In this document: one piece after another, positions 48,536 through 61,375 of the stretch
How positions within the stretch are numbered: position 1 is the stretch's first letter
How the letters are laid out: every line of letters begins with the position of its first letter
Origin: Massalongia carnosa
Lineage: Eukaryota
Assembly (NCBI GenBank): GCA_965645245.1
Contig: OZ287068.1
Location: 1,116,001-1,180,000, forward strand
DNA length: 64,000 bases
Direction of reading: 5' to 3'
Translations under genes and position numbers: made by a program
The notes under the pieces: model-generated
What the model was told of the DNA's origin: nothing
Databases searched by the model: none
What the model saw: the letters and a program-made list of their open reading frames with translations, nothing else

Positions 48536-49125
48536 TTGATTTATAGAGTTTTCTCATAAGTTCTTCCCACATCTCTTTGTTTTCTATTGAGTGGGCCTGG
48601 AGGAAAATTCGTTTCTACACTACGGCTCCATAAAGCTTCAAGGATTTTTCTACAAATGAAAATAATTCTCATGTAGACATAGATCACGGCATTTAAGCAG
48701 CTTTGGTTTAATCATATCTTTACCTATCTTCTCGTTCTTCAAGAACTTCTCCAATATTTTCATTCTCTGCTTGTACGGCAAAACCACCCTCTGCTGGCTA
48801 CTCTATACGTTATGGAATTCAATGACGATCCGAAGAGCTTTCAAAGCATCCATGTATTTATCCCTTCAAAACATTAATCTAATAAATTATCTCTTCCTGT
48901 TTCTTTTTGTTCTAAGTTAAAATCCGACTTAACGAGTCATGAATATTAGCACATTTTCAACAAATAACATCCTATCCCACGAGCCTCTCCTGAATCTCTC
49001 TACCAACGATAGAACTAGATACTCGAGTCTTGTTAATGCCTAGAGCCGACACATATCTAAAACTTCCGCTGATCAGCGAGCCGATTTGCGGCAGCAGTAG
49101 GAAGAGGTGTGTCTATCTTTCCGCA

Positions 49126-49154
49126 TTGCGTTGCGTTGCGTTGCGTTGCGTTGC
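49126..49154. repeat. (TTGCG)5+ pentanucleotide microsatellite
   Basis: Direct reading. Confidence 0.9.
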
Positions 49155-49854
49155 ACGTGACCCCTATCCCTAAAGCACAGTATCCTTCCCGTTCAAGCTC
49201 CATCCAGAACAGGATCGGTATCTATCTAAAAAGGGGATTTCTCTAAGAACATCGACCAGTCATGGAGTTCTCCGTTGAACAGGCATCAGGCTCCTAAGCG
49301 ATGGAGTTAGTTCGACCCGTCTCGCTTTAACATTTCCCGGCAGCACAGATCGTCATCCCTTCTTTACGTTCGTTCGTTCGATCGCTCTATCTCCAGCCCA
49401 GAACTTCCTCAGCTTTGCCGCACGTCTGAATCAATCAGGACGAGCGGGTTCTTTCTTTTACATTTCCTTTCCCTTTTTTTTTCGGTTTCTTTCTGGGGGA
49501 GACGGATCGATGCAAGAGGGCGAATTGGGGGGTGGGTAAGGGTTTCCGGGGGGGAGGGGGATTAGATTACAGAATGGGAATGAATGAGGTTGATGCAGGT
49601 TCCCTTTCTGTCGATTATAAGAGCGTGGATCAGGCCTTCCGGATTGGAAACATGTCGTGATAGAAAAGTACCGGCGACTCTTTGTCTTCCACCGCCAGAC
49701 TTTGCATTAACAGGCTGCTACTTAACATAAAATTCGCTTCGGCAGCTTTGGTTAGTTGGTCTTTGCTCGATGAGAAAGAACAAGGGCAGTAGCACAATTG
49801 GCGAAAAGTCTCTCTTAGGAAGCTGCTCTGATTCCCTCAAACATAGAGTTTCCG

Positions 49855-51279
49855 TCAAGCAACCAACCATCCATCAGCTACCAGCTGGTCTAGGCATGCA
49901 GCGATGCAGTACTGGCCATCCTCCAGCTGAAAGAAGCCTCCGATCCCCTGAGAATCCCCACTATCCTCGACAATAGGAGCTCCAGATAGACCATCCGCAA
50001 GATCAGAATCCCCACCCGTGGCTCCGATCATGGCGTAGAGTGTGCTGTACACCGATGCCTGCTTCAGCCATTGCGTGTAAGGGATCTTAGCGTGGCCGGG
50101 AGGCCGGGGAGGGAGCTCGTCAATGACACCCGCTTGCATCATTGCCACGCACCCTGTGGACATGCCGTCCGCAACGTACCAATGGCCCCGTTTGTTCTCC
50201 GTATCTTCCCGCGTGAGAAGCCTTCTCGGCGGAGTAGCATCGAAGTAGTTACGGTTGGTGAATCGAATGGATGGGTTGAGGTCCACTAAAGCTATATCTT
50301 GCACATCATATCGTTCCTTGATTACACCGATCATCTCACCGCTTGGAGCTTGGGGATGAAATACTTCATTTGAGTTTTGCCACCTATGGAGTGCACAGGT
50401 CATTCTCACTTGAGGACCATTGCGCAGTAATACTCCCACAGTTGTTGAGGTTGAGGTCTGTGGTCTGTGAGTTATATCGTACCAGGAGGAGGATAGTCTA
50501 ATACCCGGTCGTAGTTCTCGACTACCGACATCAAGGTAATTGGTGACATCTTGAACAACTGTGGCAGGATTGGGGGTTATCCATCGTCTTCGCTCAGTCG
50601 TTCCTCTCCAGTAAGCATTAGGACTATGGTGATACAGGGTGGTACAACCCGCAACAACACCCGGCAAAGAGCGAGTCTCATAGACCCGTCCATCGACTTC
50701 AAGCTCGACGATCGTAAACTTCCAGACGTAGGTGATCCGCTTAACAGAGGCAAGCTGACTCAAAGCATAGGCAATCTGATTCATCTGGTCCTTAGTAGGA
50801 TCAATCCAATGCATAAGTTTGAATGAGCGTATGGGATCCGGGACTCGAGGGCTGGCGTAGAGTGTATTATGGCGTGGGGTGAACGGATCGTACAGAAGCT
50901 CACCAGGTAGCCTTAGCGGCACAAACATAGTCGAAAACCCAGCTACAGTAAGCGGGAGTGGATCGGGCGGGATGGCAGTTTCAAGAACTAGAAAGTTGCC
51001 GAAATGTCCTATGCTTTGTGTGCCATAGGCGCGACGAATCCATCCTCTTTCCTCCTCTGATGGGAACCTGAACTCATGTGTTTCCTCCACCCAGAGTTCG
51101 AAGGGAGCATTATCTGAAATATGCCGCATACCCCAGCCATTTTCTCTTCCGTTGTCTCGCCACATTCTGGCACGAGGATGTGGATGAGCATGGCTGAGGG
51201 GTGAGGAGAAGTTCACAAACGGCGCCCCAAGGCGTCGGCTTCTTACTGGTGACAGCCGTATGGTATTTATTGTACTCAT
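49855..51279 (-). CDS. Uncharacterised intronless protein with putative trypsin-like serine protease fold at the C-terminus
   Basis: ATG 51279; TTVGVLL...MTCALH (His), QDIALV (Asp), DGLSGAPIV (Ser); no signal peptide evident. Confidence 0.65.
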   Translation of the reverse strand: MSTINTIRLSPVRSRRLGAPFVNFSSPLSHAHPHPRARMWRDNGRENGWGMRHISDNAPFELWVEETHEFRFPSEEERGWIRRAYGTQSIGHFGNFLVLETAIPPDPLPLTVAGFSTMFVPLRLPGELLYDPFTPRHNTLYASPRVPDPIRSFKLMHWIDPTKDQMNQIAYALSQLASVKRITYVWKFTIVELEVDGRVYETRSLPGVVAGCTTLYHHSPNAYWRGTTERRRWITPNPATVVQDVTNYLDVGSRELRPGIRLSSSWYDITHRPQTSTSTTVGVLLRNGPQVRMTCALHRWQNSNEVFHPQAPSGEMIGVIKERYDVQDIALVDLNPSIRFTNRNYFDATPPRRLLTREDTENKRGHWYVADGMSTGCVAMMQAGVIDELPPRPPGHAKIPYTQWLKQASVYSTLYAMIGATGGDSDLADGLSGAPIVEDSGDSQGIGGFFQLEDGQYCIAACLDQLVADGWLVA

Positions 51280-51924
51280 CTTGATCTTGCCATGTGGCAA
51301 GCAAATCGTTTCTAAAGATGTTGAAACTCAAGTATTTAAGTTCTAATGTGACATGGTAAGAAAGTTTAGATCGAAGCAATAAGTATCGATTGTCAGTACA
51401 CAACACTGAAGTAGTTATTGGTATGCGTCTTGAGGTGGAGTGATTTAAAACTGTAAAAAGCTGCGCCAAAGATTTTATGTCATTAGGTCAATGCTTAGCT
51501 GCGAGCCTTGGAAGGGTAGTGGGTAGCTAGGTAGTGCTGTGAGCTCAAAGCGGGACCCAGTTATGGGCTAGAGTCTAAATTTCAGCTGCAAGCTCAGTGA
51601 CGAGGATAAAGTAGGGAGGAGGCTAGCACCAAATCAAGAATTCGGTTTAGAAAGGTGAAACCTCAGCTGCAAAGTACAGGTAATGAGAAGGTAGAATTTC
51701 TCGCGGAAGAGAGGGAAATAGAATAATGAGGAGTTAATGAAGCACATATCAGTAGAGAATCCGAGCAAGAAAGTGAAATCTCAGATGCAGGTATGAGCAA
51801 GTGTGAGTGATGATAGGAGTTTGTAGTGAAATAGGCAGACAATCAGAATGGCGAAGTATGGATGAGGTTTGATCAAAACTAACGGTTTGATCAAAAAGAT
51901 GAAATCCTCACTGCGAAGTATGAT

Positions 51925-51960
<36 letters not shown>
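51925..51960. repeat. (TGA)12 microsatellite
   Basis: Direct reading. Confidence 0.9.
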
Positions 51961-52314
51961 GATAACTAGGAGTTAAAATAGCGGAACAGATAAATTTAAG
52001 AGTTGTGATTATGAAGAAATCACATGAAAATTGCTAGTTTGTTGAATGAAGATACAACGGTCGGAAAATCTTTGTTCCGGATCTGCTCTCGTCTCCGCCA
52101 CCTCCGCTGACGCGGCTCAGCGGAAATCATCAACACTGGACAGAGAGTACTCGATATAGAGCATATCTTCCTATATCAGTCAAATTCTCTTCCATCAAAC
52201 ATAAACATCACAATTTCTAGCCTTCACCTTCAAGCATATCTTCCGAGCTTTCCATAGCATAGTACCGAGTAGCTGTACTCCATCCTCAATCCCCTGATTT
52301 ACTACTCCCCCAAA

Positions 52315-52759
52315 ATGTCTTACAAACTTGTTCGTCCTACCCTCTTCCCTCTTTCCTCTCATCTTGCTAACAAAAATTCTTACTCAGGACGACGCTCCAC
52401 CCCCCGCCTATCCCCCTCCCACCCACCAAGACGCAGGCCCCTACCCCTCCGCCCACTCCAACCAAGACTACTACGGCCGCAACCAGCAGCAGCAGCAACA
52501 ACAACAACAACTGCAACCCTACCAAGAACCCCAAATGCAGCCTTACAGCCAGGTACCACCACCGCAAGGCTACTACAACAACGGTTACCCTCCGCAAGGA
52601 CCGGGAGGGATGTATTACGCCCCCCAGCATCAGCAGCAGGCGCCGATGGGCTATTACGCGAATCAACGACCGGGCGGGCCGGGTGCGAGTCAGGGGATTT
52701 TCGCCGGGTTGTTGGGCGCCGCGGCTTGCTGCTGTTGCTTGGATTTTTGTCTGTTTTGA
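52315..52759 (+). CDS. CYSTM (cysteine-rich transmembrane module) tail-anchored protein with P/Q/Y-rich N-terminus and poly-Q
   Basis: Exon 1 52315-52329, intron 52330-52387 (GTTCGT..CTAAC..CAG), exon 2 DDAPPPAYP...QQQQQQQQQ...GIFAGLLGAAACCCCLDFCLF. Confidence 0.88.
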
Positions 52760-53827
52760 TTCAGGCGAGCTTTTTTAGGGGGGGGTTTCTTAAGAATGAG
52801 GAGGAGGGAAGAGAAAGAAGGGACTTTTTGTGACATGCAAGAGGTAAAACGGCTCAGGGAGTTTTTTTTATTATTTATTTTATGAGACTTAGCGACAAGG
52901 GGATTAAGGGCTTGATTGGTGGAAGGGGGTTGCAACAAAGCACGGCATACGGCATTTCGCATAACACTCTCTCTATCTATCTATCTCTTTTACACACGCT
53001 TATCTGTAATGGAATTCGTCTAGCGGAATTCCACCCCTATCTTTTCTTTCTTTCTTCTTTCTTCTTCTTCCTTTTCCTAGCAACTCCATTCGCCCCCGGC
53101 CCCAGCCTCGATCGTTGTTTATGCATATTTATACTTTATCTACCGTTACCAACATATCTGCCATATGTATGTATCTACCTTGGTAGGTACTGTAGGCAGT
53201 AAGCAAAGCAAGCAATACAATCCAATGCAATTACTCTCCAGTTTTTTGTAACCCCCCCTCCCCCCTCCCGGGAAATGGGAAGTACATTACATAATACACA
53301 TACACCGGCTCAAGAAGAGAGAGGGTGTTGCTTGTCTCGCGAACCAGGGGGGGGGTTGGGGGTTTTGTTAGCTGTAGCTGATGTTTTCGTGCCTCCTATT
53401 CAGAACTCACTCACCCATCCCATACATACCTATCCATACCTAGACTCGCTACGTAAATAACCACTTCCGATATGTATATATGTATCTATCTATCTACGTA
53501 TTACATGTAAAATTTCCAGCTGTTGGATTCTGTTTGTTCCTCGCGCGCGAAGCCCTCGTATGGGATCACCGAAGAGGCAGATTTATTTTACATGAAGTAT
53601 TTGCTTATGCAAATGGAACCCGCACGGAGCTTCGGGACTTTGGAGATGATATGAAAAGTGAGAAAATCGGGCCGTTAGCGCTAGGGAAGGTACGTAGCTG
53701 GATGGCTCGGTTAAGCGGCATCTATTATCAGGTTATGACATGCATCCGATAGGTATCTAGTTTAGTGACGTACATCCGAAGAAACGCAATCAGATACCGA
53801 TTGTCCAAATCTCTCTTACCTGCATCG

Positions 53828-56733
53828 TCAAACCCCCATACTCGTGCTGATGGTCTCCTCCCTAGTCCCAAAGCCTGGCCCCGCAGCGGCTCCTGCAGCT
53901 CCTAACCTCGCTGCCATAGGAGCGTCATCATCACCATTGCTCTTCGCGTCCATCTCTTCGCTAGCATTGACGTCTGCCTTAGATCCTACGCTCTTCCCAT
54001 CGTCCTCGGCGTCAACCTCCATGCTCGTCTCAGCGACAGGAGCAACGGCGTCGTCCCTATCCAGCGACGTAACGGCTTTGCTTGCCTTCCCCCCTGAGCC
54101 GAAGCGGTCTTTCGAATGATCCAGGAGCGGGCTGTCGTCGTTGTAGAGCCGGAGCAGCATGGCCTTGCGATCCTCCTTGGGAAGCATGAGGTTGACCGAA
54201 TACAAGGACCGCCACAGCGGAAGCACAATGCGCTCGCTGAACCCGTCGTCGCCCTCGCTCGGCTCCACCCTCAGCACACAGCACCCCATTTCCACGTCTC
54301 GGACGCGCTCGCCAATCTCGCCTAGATTGCGCCACCCGTCCCCCTCCACTTTAGGGAACATCTCGCGCAGCAAGATCTTCAGCGTTTTTCGGCTTCGCAG
54401 CCACACCACACGCTCCTCGCCAACCCAGCCTTCCAGAACCGGCAAACCCTCGGTCTGGATCCGCCATTTGCATACGCCCGTTTTCTGCACATCCTGCTTG
54501 ACGAACATCTTGATGCCGCAATGCACGAAGCGGAGGCCTTTGCCTTCGTTTTCGGTCAGTATGTCCCGCGCCAAGGTGGAGGTATAGTAGATGGTCTTCA
54601 CAGGGTTGCCAGACGCGTTACGGACCATAAACCGGTCACGAGGGAAGCTGGGGGAGAGGTTATAGAAGGAATAAATGGATTGAAGTTCTTCATGGTCAGG
54701 GGCTAGGTATTTGAATGGTTCCTCAAACGGTTGGGTAAATCTTTTCTTTTGGTGCTGTTGTGGCTGCTGCTGGTTGCGCAGCCCGGATACTTCAAGCTGG
54801 GGGGTGGATTCGAAGGGCGGTGGTCGGGTGTCATCAAGTTGAGCACCGGGTGGTGGCGGCCAGTGGACTTGGCGCTCTTCTACTCCTTCGGCTATGGGTT
54901 CGTCAACTTCGTCTCGAATCTTGACTCGCTTCGTGGCCATTGCTGCGTCAGCTTGTGCATCGAGCTCACGCTTCTGCAAGGTAATTTCCACCGTCGGTGC
55001 GTTCTCCCTGTTCTGTCGAGCTGCTGCTGAGAGACCTTCTTCATTACCAGTTGCCTGCGGAGGCGCTATTGCATCTAGCGTATCGAGTTTCTCGATTGAA
55101 TCTGTGCCATTGATGGATCTCGCTTCAATTTCTTCGACCAATGCGACGATTGATGACGAAGGCTCGGTCGACTTGATATCGGCTTCTGGACGAACTTTGA
55201 TCTCAGTCTTCTTCTCTAACACTGCAATGAAAAAAGCTCCGGTGTCTTGCAAATGTGGATACACTCGCAGGCATCGTTCAAATGGTATTTTCTTTGCTTG
55301 GTCAACTGGGGGGAACATTGACTCTGTCAGTCTCCCCAAACCCTCAGAACCGCTCTTTGCCCTCTGGTCTTCTACTTCCGCCCAGGATTGCCAGATCTTG
55401 CCTTGTTTGTCCATTACCTTCCATGAACAAATGCCTTCCCGGCGGCTCAATAGAGGAAGTGCATCACTGCAGTTGACCACTTGGACTTTAGATAGACCAC
55501 CAGATCGATCAATTGCGCTTGCAATGACAGCTTCGTTCTCAACCGGGTTCATGCTACAAGTTGAGTAAACGACTCTTCCTCCAACCTTTAACATTTGTAA
55601 GGCACGGACTAGGATGCGGACCTGCGTGTTAAACAGGCCTAACGCATTGCCAGGATTCCAGTCTTTCCAGATCAGGAAATTCTTGCGGCAGGTCCCATCC
55701 CCAGAACATGGCACATCTGCCAAAATCCGATCGAATTTCAGGTATCTTCCTCGTGTCACTCCCCCGTTAGGAGGCGCCTTAGATGGTAGCTTGATGGACG
55801 GAAAAATTGTAGCGTCATGGTTTGTTACAATTAAGTTGGGGGAATTTAGGCGTTTCATTTGATGTATGAGCATATGTGCTCGTTTATAGTCAGAGTCATT
55901 CGCGACGAGGAGTCCTGTCGTTCTTCCATCCTCCGAGCAGTCACCCGGTTGCGCTTCTACCTTGCCTTCAATAACTTCCTCTTGATGTGTGCCCACCGGG
56001 CTAAGTTCTCGCCCTTGCTCTCTTCTTTGCTTGGCGAGCACTGCCCGCACTCGAGCTTCTTCTCCATCATGTACCATCTCAATAAGTTGTGCTGCCTTGC
56101 TTCCAGGTGCGGCACAGAGGTCCAAGACTGTCATTCCAGGCCTCACATCCATGAGCAACGGAGGTATCATGCTGACCGCCTCCTGGCGACTGATATTTCC
56201 AACGCTCGTTTCCGATACCAAGAATTTCTGAAACGATGCAAACGGTGGGAAGCGCCGCACCACATTTTTTGGTGTTGTCATCTCCCAGGCCAGTTGATCT
56301 GGAAACCATGGTATTAATCTCGGTGGCTCCACCGGCTCCCCCCCAAATTTGATAGAAGTAATCTCTGGAATGTAATGATCTTTCAGCCGTTGAAGCACCG
56401 GTATTGCATGTCTAGATGTATTCAGTTATTGATTCCAAGAATAAAGCCAGATGAGATAACCCTTTAGATCCAGTGAATCGAAAACTATTGGGAAGATCTC
56501 GGCGCATTGCAGTCCAGAAGGCTTCAAACTCTATATCGTTGACAATACCCAACTCCTCATAATACTTCTGGAAAAGAGCGTTCGTTCGGAGTATTTCTTC
56601 ATAGTCTGGACGCTGTGTACGCTGGCCGCCGCCTCGGCCGCCCCGACCTCCTCCCCACTAAAAGCGATAAGCTCGTGAACGACATGAAAGTTGAGTAGGA
56701 CTTACTAACTTTCTTGCCTCCACGTTTGCCCAT
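53828..56733 (-). CDS. TRM4: Multisite tRNA cytosine-C5 methyltransferase (Trm4/Ncl1/NSUN2)
   Basis: ATG 56733 MGKRGGKK then introns; GNISRQEAVSMIPP, LDLCAAPGSK, FDRILADVPCSGDG, VYSTCSMNPVENEAV, RVYPHLQDTGAFF. Confidence 0.96.
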
Positions 56734-57477
56734 TTTTGAAATATGGCTTCTGAGAGAATCCCTCAAGAAAGAAAAATTGTAGCTGAGAATTGAGTTTACA
56801 AATGGGTTGAAGCTGTTCATAACTCGTGCCCTAATTGCCAGCCCTGCCTCTAAATACATACCAAGCGAGAAACCTTTTTGGCAAAAGATTGGGCAAGAAC
56901 TACTCTGTACAGAGTACTCGCGTCGGAATCAACGACATCAGCATTTATTAAATAACTCTTCAGAGAAATATCACAAGGTAAGGTCATGGCTGACCGGGCG
57001 TGATGCTTTTACTCATAATGCCTCTTCTTTGTGGCAAATCTAGAACGTTTTGTCTATTTATTTGCCATTATTGCGTTGCTATTTCCTTCGTTTTACTACG
57101 GATTACAATTCTAAGTCTATTATAATCCTTGGTATTAGAACATGGAAGGAGTTCCAAGCCAGGGCTGAGGTTAGAAGTGGCTTTCCTTGGGCATAAAACT
57201 GATGTTAAAAAGCATCTACTCACTGTAGATCGTTTCAGTATCAATCTTTCTATCAAATTGTTGGCCCAGTGTGTCGTTGATTTCGTTCGGGGCTTGTTTG
57301 CCATTGTTTAAAACTTCCCTTGTTGAGAATAGCAAAGGAGTTTTACGGAGAAACTGATGCCATCATGCTATCGGGTACCCTACCCTCGCTGCCCAAAAAT
57401 CCTTCTACACCAAATTTACACTTGCTTAAATCATCCAATTTCATCTAAATAATTTTTAGTATTGTCCTCTTGTGACT

Positions 57478-58417
57478 ATGGATCCTCCCTCTGCAAATAC
57501 TCCCGAAACGAAGACTTCCTCTTTCCCCTCCGCTCAAGCACCACTTGAGCCCGGTTCAAACACGCCGCAAGCCAAAGTACAGATCGCCAAATTTCCCCAG
57601 CCTCCAACATTTTCTGACAAGTTTCAAGAGCGGGATTATTTGAAGGGCCGCCTTGCTGCTGCGTTCCGCATATTTGGCAAATTTGGCTTTGACGAAGGGG
57701 TTGCTGGCCACATCACTTTACGCGATCCTGTTGATCCTACCACTTTTTGGGTGAACCCGTTTGGCGTGTCATTTTCTTTGATGAGAAAGAGTGATTTGAT
57801 ACAGGTTAATCATAAAGGGCAGGTCATCGGTGGTGGTGAGGTAAGACTACTGAATCTGGCCGCTTTCATGATACATGGTGCTGTTCATGAAGCCAGACCG
57901 GATGTAATGTGCGCTGCACATAGTCACAGTATCCATGGTCGTTCGTTTTGTAGCTTAGGCAGAAAGCTGGACATTATAACACAAGATGCATGCTCATTTT
58001 ACAACGTCTGTATATCAAGGTTCCCAACAATAAAACCCGTTGCTAAAACGGAGTTTCTAGGATCATGTGTTATATGAGAGCTTCAATGGCATCGTGCTTG
58101 CCGAAAAGGAGGGCAAAGCTATTGCGGCTTGTCTTAGAGATAAAAAGGCGGCTCTATTGCAAAACCACGGCCTGCTGACCGTCGGGGAAACTATCGAGGC
58201 CGCGGTTTTCTGGTTTATCAGCCTAGAAAAGTGCTGTCAGGCGCAGCTGATGGCGGACGCAGCTGCAGGCGGAAGAGGTGGAGAGACCATCAAGATTGCC
58301 GACGAAGATGCAGGCTATACGTATAAGACAGTTGGGACACCGTTCGCAGGATTTTTCAGCGCAAAGCCAATCTTTGATGTGATCGAGAGGGAGTGCAGCG
58401 CGGATTATTTACAGTAG
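57478..58417 (+). CDS. Class II aldolase/adducin-domain protein (Mug14-like)
   Basis: Exons 57478-58005 and 58061-58417; FDEGVAGHITLRDP, FWVNPFG, AFMIH, AAHSHS, LLQNHGLLT. Confidence 0.92.
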
Positions 58418-58908
58418 CTTGACGGTGATCATCTGTGAAGAATCACAACTTTTGCCACAAACAAGCAGTTGTTGGTTACCTGGGCGAGGGCTTCTAGCTG
58501 TTAGATGGAATTTTTACATTCATTGCCTTCTTCGGTGTAAATGATACCGTAGCTGCGGGTGTTTTCCTCCTCAACGTCAAGCATCTCTATGTTAGAGGAC
58601 CGATTCATTTAGATGGAATAGCGTCTCCGATGGTTTAGTACAGCACGGGTAGTCGGCTTCTTATTCACTAGGCCCTAATGGGATTAACGTTAACTAGTGT
58701 CAAAAGCTTCAGACTCGATCGCGTTAGACTGACGTAAAAAAGTTTTGAGTACATCTCCTGGTTCTTCGCATATTTATATTTACAAATTGCACCGAAGACT
58801 TCTTGTTTACATTAACAGAGCAAAACTCCCTTATTTGTTTTCGAGAAATAGACAATTAATTTCGTTTATGCACTTAGGATTTACCTTGCACGACCTTCTA
58901 ATCAGCCG

Positions 58909-61375
58909 ATGTTGAGCGCAGTGCGAAGAGGTTCGGCCTCAATTGCACGACCATTGATTACATCCTCAAGGTTTTCAACATGTGTCAGATCGATTATCCC
59001 CCTTCGTGCTTCCCAGACCGCTCCCAGGATCTTGTGTGCAACATCAACAAGAGCGCTGAGCACAGCACCACGATGGGGTCAAAGAGCACTTGCGAGCCGT
59101 GAAGTCGAGGAAGAGGACATAGAGGAGGACATAAAGGAGGACATAGAGGATGAAACCCCTCAGCAGCCATTATCAAGCCTTCAAGATTTAGGAGAAACTC
59201 AAGCTCTATGGGAAACTCAAGATTTAGGAGAAACTCAAGCTCTAGGGGAAACTCAAGATTTAGGAGAAACTCAAGCTCTAGGAGAAACTCAAGATCTAGG
59301 AGAAACTCAAGATCTAGGAGAAAATCAAGATCTAGGTGAAATCCAAGATTTCGGAGAAACTCAGTCCGGCCCAGTCACAACGTTCAAGGAATTGGGAGAG
59401 AGGAAGTTGGTTTGCGATACGGTCGTGAATACAATCACCGTAGAGATGGGCTTAAAAACCATGACCCAAGTACAAAGCTTAACGATAAACGAAACACTTA
59501 AGGGGACCGATGTGTAAGTTTTAAATCAAAACTTAATTACCTTTGAGTCTAACTTTGGCGTGTAGACTCGCACAAGCAAGGACTGGAACCGGGAAAACTT
59601 TGGCGTTTCTTATCCCCGTTCTACAAAACATTATTACCTATGATCGGAGCCTTGAGTTACGAAAACCTTACAGGGATAGGGCATCGCCTACAGACATCAG
59701 AGCCATCATCATATCTCCCACCCGAGAACTTGCGGAACAGATTGCAGTTGAAGCGAGGAAAATTACAAAGAATACTGGTGTTGTTGTACAGACTGCAGTT
59801 GGTGGATCAAGTAAGCGGGAAGGTCTACAAAAGATAAAGAGAGAAGGATGTCATATTTTGATTGGCACACCTGGGAGACTCAATGACCTTCTGTCCGATC
59901 CGTACAGCCAAGTCCGGGCACCCAAACTAAATGCATTCGTTCTGGATGAGGCCGACCGGTTGTTGGACCAGGGTTTCGCACCCGAAATTAAAGCCATACA
60001 AGATTTGTTGCCCGATCGGAGGGAGCACGATCGACAAACCCTCCTTTTCTCTGCGACGGTTCCTCGCGAAGTCATGCAAATTGTACGAAAAACCACGAAG
60101 CCTAACTTCAAGTTTATACGGACAGTGCAAGAAGGAGAACAGCAAACCCACGAGAAAGTCACTCAAAAAGTCGTACGCGTGGCTGGCTTTGAGAATTTCC
60201 TGCCGGCATTAATAGAGCTTACAAAACGAGAGCTAAAAGAAGAAGATGGCCTACCGTTCAAGGCGATCGTTTACTTCAACGCAACCGCCGAAGTGACTCT
60301 GGCCACGTCAACACTCTACAGACTCCGTAATCCAGCCTTATCGGGGTCCTACGGAACCTTACACCCTCTTTATCCCGCCAAAATCATTCAGATACACGCT
60401 AAACTCAGTCAAGAGCAACGTACACGCGCAGCTAATGATTTCCGCCGTGCAAAACACGCGATCATGCTTTCGTCCGATGTCACGGCCCGAGGGATGGATT
60501 TCCCCAACGTCACCCATGTCATTCAGATGGGTATCCCTACAAGCCGAGACACTTACATCCATCGTGTTGGTCGTACCGCTCGTGGCGATAAGGAAGGCGA
60601 AGGCTGGCTCTTCTTAACCGATCTCGAGACTAAGGAGGCGCGCCATCGCCTCCACGGCCTGCCACTCCAACCTGATACTTCCCTTCAAACATCAGCTGTC
60701 GATATGACCAAAGATGCCTCGCTCCCTGAATCCACCGCCAAGATCTTGACCCAGGTCGTGGAGGCGACAAAAGATGTCCGACCCGCCGAGAAGTCGGCGG
60801 CTTACATGGCAAGCATTGGCATCTATGCCTGGGTGACCAACAAACAAGAATTGATGGACGCCATGAACAATCGCGCTCGGTACTGCTGGGGCATGGACTT
60901 ACCGCCACCAGTCCCAAAAATTCTGGTGACCAGGTTAGGCTTCGGGCATGTTCAGGGCATCAATATCGCTGCTAATCGCCCGAGGGATTTGGACGATCAC
61001 GCCGACAGAGGCGACTCGCGCTCGTCAGGATACGGCCGGGGTGGCCATGGCGGCGGCAATGGTTATGGTAGTTTTCGCGGTAGAGGCGGCGTTGGGGGTG
61101 AGAGGCGCAGTGGGTATGGAGGATCGAGCAGTAGCGACCGATACGGGAATGCCCCTCGCTCTGGTGGCTATGGCAGTCGAGAGGGCAGGGCAGGCGGGTA
61201 CGGGGGTGGATACTCGCGCGGTGTTGCAGAAGGAGGCCGTGGTTCTTATGGAGGGGGCGGCCGTGGCAGTTTCCGAGGAGGAAGCCGTGGCTCTTATGAA
61301 GGGAAGAGTAGCCGGGATGTTGGTGGCAGTGGCGGTGGATACCGCGATAGCTACGGCGGAAGGCGGGGAATTTGA
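58909..61375 (+). CDS. MSS116: Mitochondrial DEAD-box RNA helicase (Mss116/CYT-19)
   Basis: Arg/Ser-rich presequence; intron 59514-59565; Q motif MTQVQ, ARTGTGKT, SPTRELA, TPGRL, LDEAD, SAT, ARGMDFP, HRVGRTAR; RGG-rich tail. Confidence 0.93.
59182..59361 (+). repeat. Coding 18-bp minisatellite x10 (CAAGATTTAGGAGAAACT-like; Q-D/A-L-G-E-T) within MSS116 exon 1
   Basis: Ten contiguous 18-bp units read directly, in frame. Confidence 0.95.

Noticed and set aside
52103..52124. 8-bp inverted repeat TCCGCTGA-N6-TCAGCGGA upstream of the CYSTM gene
   Set aside because: Could be a transcription-factor site, but a stem this short is expected by chance in 64 kb.
59182..59361. CRISPR-like array
   Set aside because: Contiguous in-frame tandem units without unique spacers, inside a eukaryotic gene.
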